The position numbers were made by a program, and so were the translations under genes. Shown here piece by piece: positions 8,497 to 16,027 of a DNA stretch of 62,308 bases. Origin of the DNA: a virus (lineage: Duplodnaviria; Caudoviricetes); IMG/VR virus record IMGVR_UViG_3300037797_000094, positions 1 to 62,308 of that record; one strand, 5' to 3'. How positions within the stretch are numbered: position 1 is the stretch's first letter; the number at the start of each line of letters is the position of its first letter. The notes under the pieces were generated by a model that was given only the letters and a program-made list of their open reading frames with translations, had not been told where the DNA came from and did no database searches.

Positions 8497-8856
8497 TCTG
8501 TTGTCTTTCAACTCTGAGATCTCTTCCTCAGACAAGCTAATCTTAAATCTATCAGCATCATCTACTACTTGATCAGTTGAAATTCCAAGCGACACCGGTG
8601 GGATAGGCTCCATGTTAAAGATCCCCATCTTCAGGTTGGCACCTTCCCAGATAGCTTCTCGCTCCTGCTGTGTGGGTTGCCACGTGAGATAGACAACCTG
8701 TTCATTGGGTCGGCGCTCTACCCAAGCGTCACCAATCTCTGCTGTCGGGCCGCGGTAGACAAAATTAGAACGAGCTGTCTTAACGGGCTTCATGCGAATG
8801 CTTCTCCTACGGTAGTGTAGCTTCCATCCTTCCAGGTAACTAGATTCTTGAACCAT
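8470..8856 (-). CDS. Hypothetical protein (likely start MKPVKT)
   Basis: AGGAG RBS before the internal ATG. Confidence 0.65.
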   Translation of the reverse strand: MVQESSYLEGWKLHYRRRSIRMKPVKTARSNFVYRGPTAEIGDAWVERRPNEQVVYLTWQPTQQEREAIWEGANLKMGIFNMEPIPPVSLGISTDQVVDDADRFKISLSEEEISELKDNRPVGGGRYG

Positions 8857-9026
8857 TCATTACAATTCTTCAATCCACCATTCTCCTCAATTATGAACTC
8901 ACACAGGTGGAGTGGTTCAGCTCCCTTTCCTAAGCATTCTCTGCATAGGAGATTACTGACTGCTCCTAGAGTAGAAGAACATGGGATATCATTATCACTA
9001 TCTCTTTCACATACTGAGCATTTCAT
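8790..9026 (-). CDS. Zn-finger-like hypothetical protein
   Basis: CSVC and CREC motifs. Confidence 0.65.
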   Translation of the reverse strand: MKCSVCERDSDNDIPCSSTLGAVSNLLCRECLGKGAEPLHLCEFIIEENGGLKNCNEWFKNLVTWKDGSYTTVGEAFA

Positions 9027-9637
9027 ATCGCATGCTCCTTTATCAGATCAAAGTAGTACTTCCACTCGTCGCGGGCGCGCCGGGCGTCGGGGAGGGCGCG
9101 GTGCTCCTTCTCGTCCTGCTCCAGAAGTAGGTCGGGGCGGGACATCTCGACGAGGCGGCGCACCGGCCCGACATCAAGTGCCCAGTGCGTCAGTGATTGA
9201 TCAAATTCAGAGGACAGGAACTTCTTGATCCAGCGACGGTCAAAGTGCATGACGCCTGAGCCGCCCCAAACAATCTCAACCTTCTGATGATTATCCCTCC
9301 GTCTATAAACATCATCAAGAGTCAGCTTTCCAAAAGCACCAACATCCTCTAGCCACGTCATTACGTCACAAGCTTGGATTGGCTGGCTGTCCTTTAGAAC
9401 CTGCATCATTAGACCATTATTCATATGCATCTTAAAGACATCGTCGTCCCACCCACTCAGGAATGGCAGTTGATAGTGATTGAGACTGAAGACCCAGTTC
9501 TTTTCCTCCCTTATGTTGAAGTCTGGAGGTCCACTAGAATGAACAATACCGAGCTCAAGCAGGGCGGCGCCCGGGTCATCTTCTTCAGATCCACTCGTCT
9601 CAAGATCTACCCACAGGACCCTATCAGGAATGATCAC
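9023..9637 (-). CDS. Oligoribonuclease-like DEDDh 3'-5' exonuclease
   Basis: WVDLETSG (ExoI); GSGVMHFDRRWI (ExoII); HRALPD (ExoIII). Confidence 0.85.
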   Translation of the reverse strand: MIIPDRVLWVDLETSGSEEDDPGAALLELGIVHSSGPPDFNIREEKNWVFSLNHYQLPFLSGWDDDVFKMHMNNGLMMQVLKDSQPIQACDVMTWLEDVGAFGKLTLDDVYRRRDNHQKVEIVWGGSGVMHFDRRWIKKFLSSEFDQSLTHWALDVGPVRRLVEMSRPDLLLEQDEKEHRALPDARRARDEWKYYFDLIKEHAI

Positions 9638-9888
9638 TTATCGCACCTCTTGCAGACCAACCCACCCTCCACTAGAGAAAGAGGGTTAGGCTTTGGTGTC
9701 CTAAACTCCAAGTGATTAGCTAGTGGGTGAAACACCCCAGGATACTTCCAATGAACAACACGTTGCATTTGACGACCACACTTAGTAATCACTGAATCTT
9801 CAATCTGAGATTCTACTAGATGCCATGAAGTTTGCTGTTCAACCCTATCTACATACTGTCTGCGGCACCAACGTCCAATATCATTCAC
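9634..9888 (-). CDS. Hypothetical protein
   Basis: WH...CG...CKRC pattern. Confidence 0.6.
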   Translation of the reverse strand: MNDIGRWCRRQYVDRVEQQTSWHLVESQIEDSVITKCGRQMQRVVHWKYPGVFHPLANHLEFRTPKPNPLSLVEGGLVCKRCDK

Positions 9889-10268
9889 TGCTCTGCCTTC
9901 TCAATTGCACATCGGAAGAGTTGTAGGATATCCGACTTTCTGCGACTATGCGTATCATTATAAGAAATAATACTTCCTTGAGCAGATTTTGGTAAGCAGG
10001 ATGCAACTAGTCTATTTACCTTTTCTAGTACATCCAGTACTCTGTTACCAAATCTACTCTTGCTTGAGATCAGGTCTGTAGTTGCCTCATCAATAGCACC
10101 AATGGCACAGAACCCCATCCTCTTGCTTCCAGCTGTGTGCTTGATCCAACCGTACTCGTCAATATAGATCAAGGCATTCTCAAGAACTTTCTTTGGGGTG
10201 AGATCCTTAACATAGACGCGTGGTGCAACGTACTTCTTAGTCTGAACAGTCATCTTAGTATTCTCCAT
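9885..10268 (-). CDS. Conserved phage protein (DUF6197-like)
   Basis: GW...FCAIGAI...YND pattern recalled for this family. Confidence 0.6.
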   Translation of the reverse strand: MENTKMTVQTKKYVAPRVYVKDLTPKKVLENALIYIDEYGWIKHTAGSKRMGFCAIGAIDEATTDLISSKSRFGNRVLDVLEKVNRLVASCLPKSAQGSIISYNDTHSRRKSDILQLFRCAIEKAEQ

Positions 10269-10611
10269 CCCAAGGCATAGCTTCTCTCATCATAAGTTCA
10301 AGTTCATGTCTAAAGTCTGCTACAATCCCATCTAATAGATCAGAAGGTTCTTTCCATTCATCTCCATAGATAGTTAGTGCTTTCCTTTCTTCTAGACTAT
10401 ATCGCTCAACACTGAGATGCTTCTTAAATGATTTCTCACCTCCTTGGTCTAGAACTACAATTGCTCCATAATCAGTTCTAATCCTTAGTTTAGCATTAGG
10501 ATATAAGATAATTTTTCCTTCAGCGTCCCTAGGTTTATCCTCACCAAGACCAATTCTCTTATCCCATGAATTACTAGCTTTGAGTACCTGTTTCCACATT
10601 CTTTCCATCAT
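10255..10611 (-). CDS. Hypothetical protein
   Basis: AGGAG RBS. Confidence 0.65.
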   Translation of the reverse strand: MMERMWKQVLKASNSWDKRIGLGEDKPRDAEGKIILYPNAKLRIRTDYGAIVVLDQGGEKSFKKHLSVERYSLEERKALTIYGDEWKEPSDLLDGIVADFRHELELMMREAMPWDGEY

Positions 10612-10616
10612 ATCTC

Positions 10617-11006
10617 CTATCTGGGTATACTCATGTACTTTCTTCTTGAACTTAAACTAGTCACCGGCCGGAGCGGGGCGGGCGTGGCGTCGGGGTAGGC
10701 GTGACGGAGCCGCACCACAAGTTGTGTTGCTTCACGGACCAGTCGCCATGCGCGGGTGCGCCGTGACTCCTCCCACGGCATCTCATGAATCCTGACAATC
10801 TGACAGTACTTCTCCAGACGACGGTGTGCCCTAAGCTGCGCCCGCAATAGAATTCGTTCAGGCTTCGTATACGCCTCCTTCATGGCCCGATGCAACATTC
10901 CAACTGGCTTAGAGATACCTTTATTCCAACTACCAAGGACATATCTATTCATCTCACGATCAACGACTCCTCCCGTATTCATCATAGTTAAAGACAATTC
11001 CTGCAT
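10617..11006 (-). CDS. Hypothetical basic protein (likely start MNRYVLG)
   Basis: Fills operon. Confidence 0.55.
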   Translation of the reverse strand: MQELSLTMMNTGGVVDREMNRYVLGSWNKGISKPVGMLHRAMKEAYTKPERILLRAQLRAHRRLEKYCQIVRIHEMPWEESRRTRAWRLVREATQLVVRLRHAYPDATPAPLRPVTSLSSRRKYMSIPR

Positions 11007-11092
11007 GCGTATACATGCGTGGATGTTGTGTAGCTGAGAGTGGCATATTGCAGTGGATACAGTTCTCAGTCAGGACACCTTCAAACATATGC

Positions 11093-11587
11093 TTACTGAA
11101 TGGCGGTGTTGGGGAGGCCGGACCCAGTTCCTCCTCCGCTAGGGTCGGATGGTACTTGCGTAGCGCCGCCTCTCCCATCTCCATGAATGATGCTTCGGAC
11201 AGTGACTGGAATGAGCCCTGTGGAGAGGGGTTGGTCGGTGACGAGTTGCCAGGCTGCGTGGTTGAGATCGACGACTCGTTGGTCGGCGGTTCCCCAGAAG
11301 CACTGACAGTAATCGACAACCGCAATCGTTGCGCATCGATCGGCACAGATCTCAACATATCCGTGAATTGTCCCATCATATCTGCCACCGAGTGCAAGAG
11401 GGAGTGCGACAGTTGGAGTTCCGTCACACCAACCGGCAGTACATGGGTAGCTCGACCCAATTCCACTGACTTGGAAAGAAACTTCAAGCTCATGAGTTGC
11501 TTCTACTTTCTCGGTTGTTACTGCTAACGCCAGACCCAAGACGAAGAATGCGAGGATCCAGACTATAGCGGAACGGATGTCCTTCAC
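11093..11587 (-). CDS. Secreted or membrane protein with RlpA-like double-psi beta-barrel domain
   Basis: N-terminal hydrophobic segment; VVDYCQC...RVVDLNHAAW...GLIPVTV pattern; Gly/Ser/Pro linker ending LPNTA. Confidence 0.7.
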   Translation of the reverse strand: MKDIRSAIVWILAFFVLGLALAVTTEKVEATHELEVSFQVSGIGSSYPCTAGWCDGTPTVALPLALGGRYDGTIHGYVEICADRCATIAVVDYCQCFWGTADQRVVDLNHAAWQLVTDQPLSTGLIPVTVRSIIHGDGRGGATQVPSDPSGGGTGSGLPNTAIQ

Positions 11588-11954
11588 GTTTCGCCCTCAA
11601 ATGCTTTTTCCGACATCGTTTGCACCGGCTCATCAGTGTGTGCCATGACAGCCACATCTGTTCTTCAGTCGGCGCACGATCGGGATACCATAGAATCTCC
11701 TCTCCATTAATCCTAGATCTAATCGTCCTGTATATCTTGGGCACTACCAGCCGAGTCTTGTGGTGAAGGATGAATGGCTTCAATTCCTTATGACGGATCA
11801 TCAAGAACTTGGGACCAAAGAACAGGCCATTGGAGTAATAGCCGTTCAGCGTCCTTTGTCCTTCGATTGAACCAAGGAACATATGACATTCTAGATGCTC
11901 ACCGCTTAGATGCTGACGGCACATCAGCTCGGGGCGTACTAGCCAGTGCCTCAC
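11490..11954 (-). CDS. Pyrimidine-dimer DNA glycosylase (endonuclease V/DenV family)
   Basis: N-terminal MRxWxVxPxxxCRQHLxGEHxExH signature. Confidence 0.75.
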   Translation of the reverse strand: MRHWLVRPELMCRQHLSGEHLECHMFLGSIEGQRTLNGYYSNGLFFGPKFLMIRHKELKPFILHHKTRLVVPKIYRTIRSRINGEEILWYPDRAPTEEQMWLSWHTLMSRCKRCRKKHLRAKREGHPFRYSLDPRILRLGSGVSSNNRESRSNS

Positions 11955-12144
11955 GTTGGTCCCTCTTCAGGCATTCGACTTGATTCAAGCACAGTGGATT
12001 ATTGTCCTGCCCTAACAGAGTGTTGAAGGTCCTATAGGTGTCAACCGCACCACAGATGACACAAGGACTGGGATCCTCCTTTCTGAGCTCATGGACATAC
12101 GGATTATCTTCAAAGATACTCCTGTAGTAACCAATTAGGTTCAT
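11899..12144 (-). CDS. Hypothetical protein
   Basis: CVICG motif; coupled ORF. Confidence 0.55.
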   Translation of the reverse strand: MNLIGYYRSIFEDNPYVHELRKEDPSPCVICGAVDTYRTFNTLLGQDNNPLCLNQVECLKRDQREALASTPRADVPSASKR

Positions 12145-12296
12145 AGTACATACCTTCCTAAGACAAGTCCCACTCCTCCTGATCCTAGAACTGCTAATCC
12201 CAACTTAGCAGCTATATGCCAGTCAGGGGCAATTCCATACCAAACTACAGTCCACCATGCTATACCAAAGAACGCCGCAATTAGTGGACCAATCAT
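12141..12296 (-). CDS. Small two-TM membrane protein (not in ORF track)
   Basis: Hand translation MIGPLIAAFFGIAWWTVVWYGIAPDWHIAAKLGLAVLGSGGVGLVLGRYVL; ATGA overlap with next gene. Confidence 0.65.
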   Translation of the reverse strand: MIGPLIAAFFGIAWWTVVWYGIAPDWHIAAKLGLAVLGSGGVGLVLGRYVL

Positions 12297-12297
12297 C

Positions 12298-12903
12298 CTA
12301 TCCATTCTTCTCATTATCTTTCACTACCAGTTGCACTAGACTGTGATGTCGAACGAAGAACTCAGCGATCTCCTTCTGGAGCGGGGTAAGCGGGGCGTCC
12401 ACCAGCTCGAGAGCCTGCACCGCCAATGTGTCCGCCCCTAAAGCTTCGAGATTCTTAGCAGCATCTTCTGCTAATCGCTTTCGATCGAGAAGTGCCATTA
12501 GCTTTGGGTATCGAGCCTGGGGGGGTTGCGGGGGGGGGGGGGTAGCGGGAAGGCCCTCAGCAAGTTCCTCTTCAGTTGGCATCTGAACGGGTGCCGGAGG
12601 TGGAGGTCCTTGATCCCAAATATCCACTCCAGTTTCCTTAGGCTCTACTCCGTTCTGAGCCATCTCAGTTAGTACTCTCTTTCGCAACCTCAGACCAGAG
12701 ATAATGATCCCACCATCCCGACCTCCTTTCTTCTCAGTGAACTTGACAGCCCCACGACCACGCAAGTCATAGAGAATCTTGTTTACGTCGTGTCGTCTAG
12801 TTCCTGTCATGCCAGCAATTTCTTCGCTAGTCAATCCCTTGATATATCCACCCCTGTCCACAGAGGACTTCAGCAAATCTAGAACGTCTGTTGCTAGTGA
12901 CAT
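12298..12903 (-). CDS. Winged-HTH DNA-binding protein
   Basis: GLTSEEIAGMTGTRRHDVNKILYDLRGRGAV; first gene after promoter 12953-12981. Confidence 0.7.
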   Translation of the reverse strand: MSLATDVLDLLKSSVDRGGYIKGLTSEEIAGMTGTRRHDVNKILYDLRGRGAVKFTEKKGGRDGGIIISGLRLRKRVLTEMAQNGVEPKETGVDIWDQGPPPPAPVQMPTEEELAEGLPATPPPPQPPQARYPKLMALLDRKRLAEDAAKNLEALGADTLAVQALELVDAPLTPLQKEIAEFFVRHHSLVQLVVKDNEKNG

Positions 12904-12952
12904 CCCTTTCTCCTATGGCTGGAAGTTTAATTGGACCAGTCCCATATGGTCT

Positions 12953-12981
12953 ATTATAATACATCCGAATCTTCGTGTCAA
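12953..12981 (-). promoter_or_regulatory. Sigma70-type early promoter
   Basis: TTGACA-17 nt (cgaagattcggatgtat)-TATAAT. Confidence 0.88.
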
Positions 12982-12988
12982 ATGGAAG

Positions 12989-13270
12989 TTAAGTTATTAA
13001 GTCTAATGCTCTCAGTTCTGCAATGGTATCTTTATTTAACCTTCCTTGCTGATATAGACGTTCCAACTCGGTCACACAAGGGTTACACCAGAAAAACTCA
13101 CCCTCTCCCTGAGGCTCTGACCACCCTCTGGCGGAGCCGTGGCCACAGACGGCGGGACCGTGGTCACCTATGTCCGTAGGATCAGGTAATGCGTGAAGAA
13201 TAGTAGAGTCTGAGAATTGCAAACCCCAACTCATGATTTTAACTTTTCTCATTACTCCTCCAGCTGCCAC
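12989..13270 (-). CDS. Hypothetical protein
   Basis: GGAGG RBS before MRKVKIM. Confidence 0.6.
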   Translation of the reverse strand: MAAGGVMRKVKIMSWGLQFSDSTILHALPDPTDIGDHGPAVCGHGSARGWSEPQGEGEFFWCNPCVTELERLYQQGRLNKDTIAELRALDLIT

Positions 13271-13285
13271 ATACTTCTCAGATCC

Positions 13286-13411
13286 TTACCATGGCGTAGG
13301 GACGGTAGGATCACCGAGGTAGTTAACCAAGCTGATTATGATGATAGTCGCGCCGAGCGCAATCAAGGCCATTGCTCCAGCACAGCCAAGCCAGGTAACT
13401 ATGTCTTTCAT
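13286..13411 (-). CDS. Small single-TM protein (not in ORF track)
   Basis: Hand translation MKDIVTWLGCAGAMALIALGATIIISLVNYLGDPTVPTPW; GGAGG RBS. Confidence 0.6.
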   Translation of the reverse strand: MKDIVTWLGCAGAMALIALGATIIIISLVNYLGDPTVPTPW

Positions 13412-13806
13412 CCGTCCTCCCCGCTGCTGCGCTGGAGGCGGGCGTATCGGGCACAGATGTCTCCCGCGCAGTCGTCCGAGCAGGTACCCTCGTCGTGGAC
13501 TGGCTCGTCGCGCATCGCTTGTGCGTGTTCGTCAATCGCCCACGACAGGATCAGGACGTTCGGCACGTCCAGCCCTGCCGGTTCGGGCTGCGGGGTGGTG
13601 GCGAGAGCCTTCTCTGCTTCGATCTTCGCTGTGTGCCATGCCTTCGATGCGTGGAACCACCGCTTTCGATCAGGCTTGCCTCGCTCTCCGTGGGTCCCTC
13701 CAGCTAACGCCAGTTCGGTACTGACCTCGATCATCTGCTTCAGCGCCTCTCGCAGCGCAGGAGCGGCGGTACTCGGGGTGGCGGCTTCGGGTCGGTCAGA
13801 TGCCAT
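13408..13806 (-). CDS. Hypothetical protein (GC-rich mosaic insert)
   Basis: Coupled ORF; visibly higher GC than flanks. Confidence 0.6.
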   Translation of the reverse strand: MASDRPEAATPSTAAPALREALKQMIEVSTELALAGGTHGERGKPDRKRWFHASKAWHTAKIEAEKALATTPQPEPAGLDVPNVLILSWAIDEHAQAMRDEPVHDEGTCSDDCAGDICARYARLQRSSGEDG

Positions 13807-14014
13807 CGTGCTCGTCCATTCGGCTCGGGTCCCACGTCGTGCTCCGAATCGTCACCCTGATCGTCGGGCGTTTCCAGAGGTGCCGCCACCATCGACGTAT
13901 GCGCTTCACCTTCTCCGCTACGCTCGGGGTCTGCTGCTCGGTCATGAGGTGCTCTCCTTCATGACCGAACTCTAAGCTACAACCCGGCTGTCGACATATT
14001 TGTTGCTCGGTCAT
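13796..14014 (-). CDS. Hypothetical protein with duplicated MTEQQ start
   Basis: MTEQQ occurs twice; AGGAGAG RBS before the second copy. Confidence 0.55.
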   Translation of the reverse strand: MTEQQICRQPGCSLEFGHEGEHLMTEQQTPSVAEKVKRIRRWWRHLWKRPTIRVTIRSTTWDPSRMDEHDGI

Positions 14015-14283
14015 TGAATTCTTCCACCATGCGGTCCAAAGATGGGCATCGAAGGTGCTTTCTCTTCTTCATCCATTGTACATTCATTCTCAGGAGTCGA
14101 GTAAAACCTTAGTTCATCACCTCTCTTTTCCATATGGAAGTGGTAGTCATCATTTATGCTATCCAAATATTCAGCTTTAGATACTACAATAAGTCCACCA
14201 GCTTTCTGAGTAAGGTACCTAAGTCCGGTTTCCATTATAGCAACACGAATGGCTTCTCGGTCTATCACTTTACTTTCAACCAT
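14011..14283 (-). CDS. Hypothetical protein
   Basis: Coupled ORF. Confidence 0.6.
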   Translation of the reverse strand: MVESKVIDREAIRVAIMETGLRYLTQKAGGLIVVSKAEYLDSINDDYHFHMEKRGDELRFYSTPENECTMDEEEKAPSMPIFGPHGGRIQ

Positions 14284-14558
14284 ATGAAGTTAGTTTCTTT
14301 ATCTTCTAGAACCTTCACTATCTTAAATTCTTCTCCAAGTTCTGTAAGAACTTTGACTTTCCTCTTGTCAGGACTCTGCTTCTCTAACTCCAAAAGCCTC
14401 GAGATCAACTTACTTAAGGTAGCCACGAGCTTCTTCTCTTGTCATTCCATGTCCTTTCATTAAATGAGAAACGAAAGGTCCTTTAAACTTATACATACGA
14501 TTACATCTAGGACATTTTACTTCTTCTTCAAAAACTTGAGCTTTTGGTTTGAAATGAC

Positions 14559-15473
14559 TCATGATTCCTCCCAGATGCATTCTTCTTGTGTTTTATCTTC
14601 ACGGAATCGCTTGAATCGTGGATGTCTATACGATTCGTCGGTCTTGTTCTGGTACGCGAATTCTACCACCTTCCCTAAGTAGTCTGATCCGTTCGAGCCT
14701 ATCTCGTAACGAAGTTGGTCGGTCATTCCTGATATTTTCGTAATCTTCGGAACGAATCTGTCCGCTCGGTACTGCCCTATGACGATAGCACCGATCGTAT
14801 CCTGGTACTTGCCCTCTCCAGGAGTGAACCCGGTGATGACGCCATCCGCAGTCTGGACAGCCTTGACTTTGATCCATAATCTACTTCTCTTACCTTGTTC
14901 GTACCTCCCATCTAGATTCTTTAAAATGATCCCCTCTCCACCAGCAGCCCAAATTGCTTGGAGGTAATTATCAATCGAGTCACTGTTGAACTGTGGGGTT
15001 AACGTCGTAATCCTTCGATCACCTCCGGGTACATGTCTAAGAACTCTTTCAAGCAGAAGTCGTCGGTCGCGAAACTTGAGTCCATCGTACCAAAATCGTC
15101 CTTCTCTAAGGATGTCGAATACCATAAAATGGTAAGATGTACTGGAGTCCATACCGCGTGATCCGAGCGAGTTGACAAGGCTAATTGTTTCAGAAAACGA
15201 CCCAGCAACGATCTCTCCGTCCAAAACCGTTCCAGTAGCAATGGCATCGGGAGCCCAGGCTCTTTCAAGCTCAGCCACCAGTTTGGGCAAACGATCCGTC
15301 TTGTCAATGCCTCTTCGAGATACGATACGAACTCCGCGTTTGGTGAAGGCTGCAAGATACCTAGTCCCATCAAACTTCTCTTCTCCTACCCACAGGGGAT
15401 CACTAATTTTGGATTCCCAGTCACCTCGACTCGCAAGTTGTGGGCGAAGATTAGTTACTGGTTTAGTCTTCAT
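14559..15473 (-). CDS. ATP-dependent DNA ligase
   Basis: Motif I EEKFDGTR; VLDGEI; FMVFDIL; GEGIILK; WIKVK; C-terminal OB fold with RHPRF. Confidence 0.93.
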   Translation of the reverse strand: MKTKPVTNLRPQLASRGDWESKISDPLWVGEEKFDGTRYLAAFTKRGVRIVSRRGIDKTDRLPKLVAELERAWAPDAIATGTVLDGEIVAGSFSETISLVNSLGSRGMDSSTSYHFMVFDILREGRFWYDGLKFRDRRLLLERVLRHVPGGDRRITTLTPQFNSDSIDNYLQAIWAAGGEGIILKNLDGRYEQGKRSRLWIKVKAVQTADGVITGFTPGEGKYQDTIGAIVIGQYRADRFVPKITKISGMTDQLRYEIGSNGSDYLGKVVEFAYQNKTDESYRHPRFKRFREDKTQEECIWEES

Positions 15474-15648
15474 CTACATATACTGGACGGATGATCACCT
15501 TTCCTCCATTATGGTCCCAGTAGACCTCCTCAATTCCGTCCAAATCTCCATCTGAATCATCCGCTCTACCAATCATTACATCATAACTTAACTGCTCTAC
15601 TGCTTTTGGGTGTGGACTAACTTCATCAAGAAATTCTGCGAGATTCAT
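15463..15648 (-). CDS. Hypothetical protein
   Basis: Coupled ORF. Confidence 0.6.
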   Translation of the reverse strand: MNLAEFLDEVSPHPKAVEQLSYDVMIGRADDSDGDLDGIEEVYWDHNGGKVIIRPVYVDED

Positions 15649-15917
15649 TCTTTAAACTTAACCTCCATACCAAGAGTTGCTAAGTAGTCAAGAAATGCAA
15701 CAGCAACTCTTAAACATTTTGCTTCGTCATCATCATTGGTAATAGCTTTAATGATTACAGAACAATTGACAATTCTATCTTCTCCATATCTCTGCATTGC
15801 TCCTTGAGTTTTTTCTTCTTCAAGAGTTGTACCACCAGACTTATAGTCAGCCCACAACTCACGAAGAAGGTCGCGAAAGGTTTCTTGCTCAATCGCGACC
15901 TTATCAAGGTTTCCCAT
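15645..15917 (-). CDS. Hypothetical protein
   Basis: GGAGGAG RBS; first gene after promoter 15977-16005. Confidence 0.7.
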   Translation of the reverse strand: MGNLDKVAIEQETFRDLLRELWADYKSGGTTLEEEKTQGAMQRYGEDRIVNCSVIIKAITNDDDEAKCLRVAVAFLDYLATLGMEVKFKE

Positions 15918-15976
15918 AAACTCCTCCGGTTTGATTTGTCCCGTCCATATATAGGGGACAGGACCATTATGGGTTT

Positions 15977-16005
15977 ATTATATTACATCCGAATCTTCTT
16001 GTCAA
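15977..16005 (-). promoter_or_regulatory. Sigma70-type early promoter
   Basis: TTGACA-17 nt (agaagattcggatgtaa)-TATAAT. Confidence 0.88.
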
Positions 16006-16027
16006 TAGGTAAAGAAGGTTTTGGAGG

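Noticed and set aside
10960-11493. 177-aa ORF overlapping the RlpA-like gene
   Set aside because: Mostly an alternative frame with low-complexity composition; only its last ~42 codons (MFEGVLTENC...) may be a real small gene
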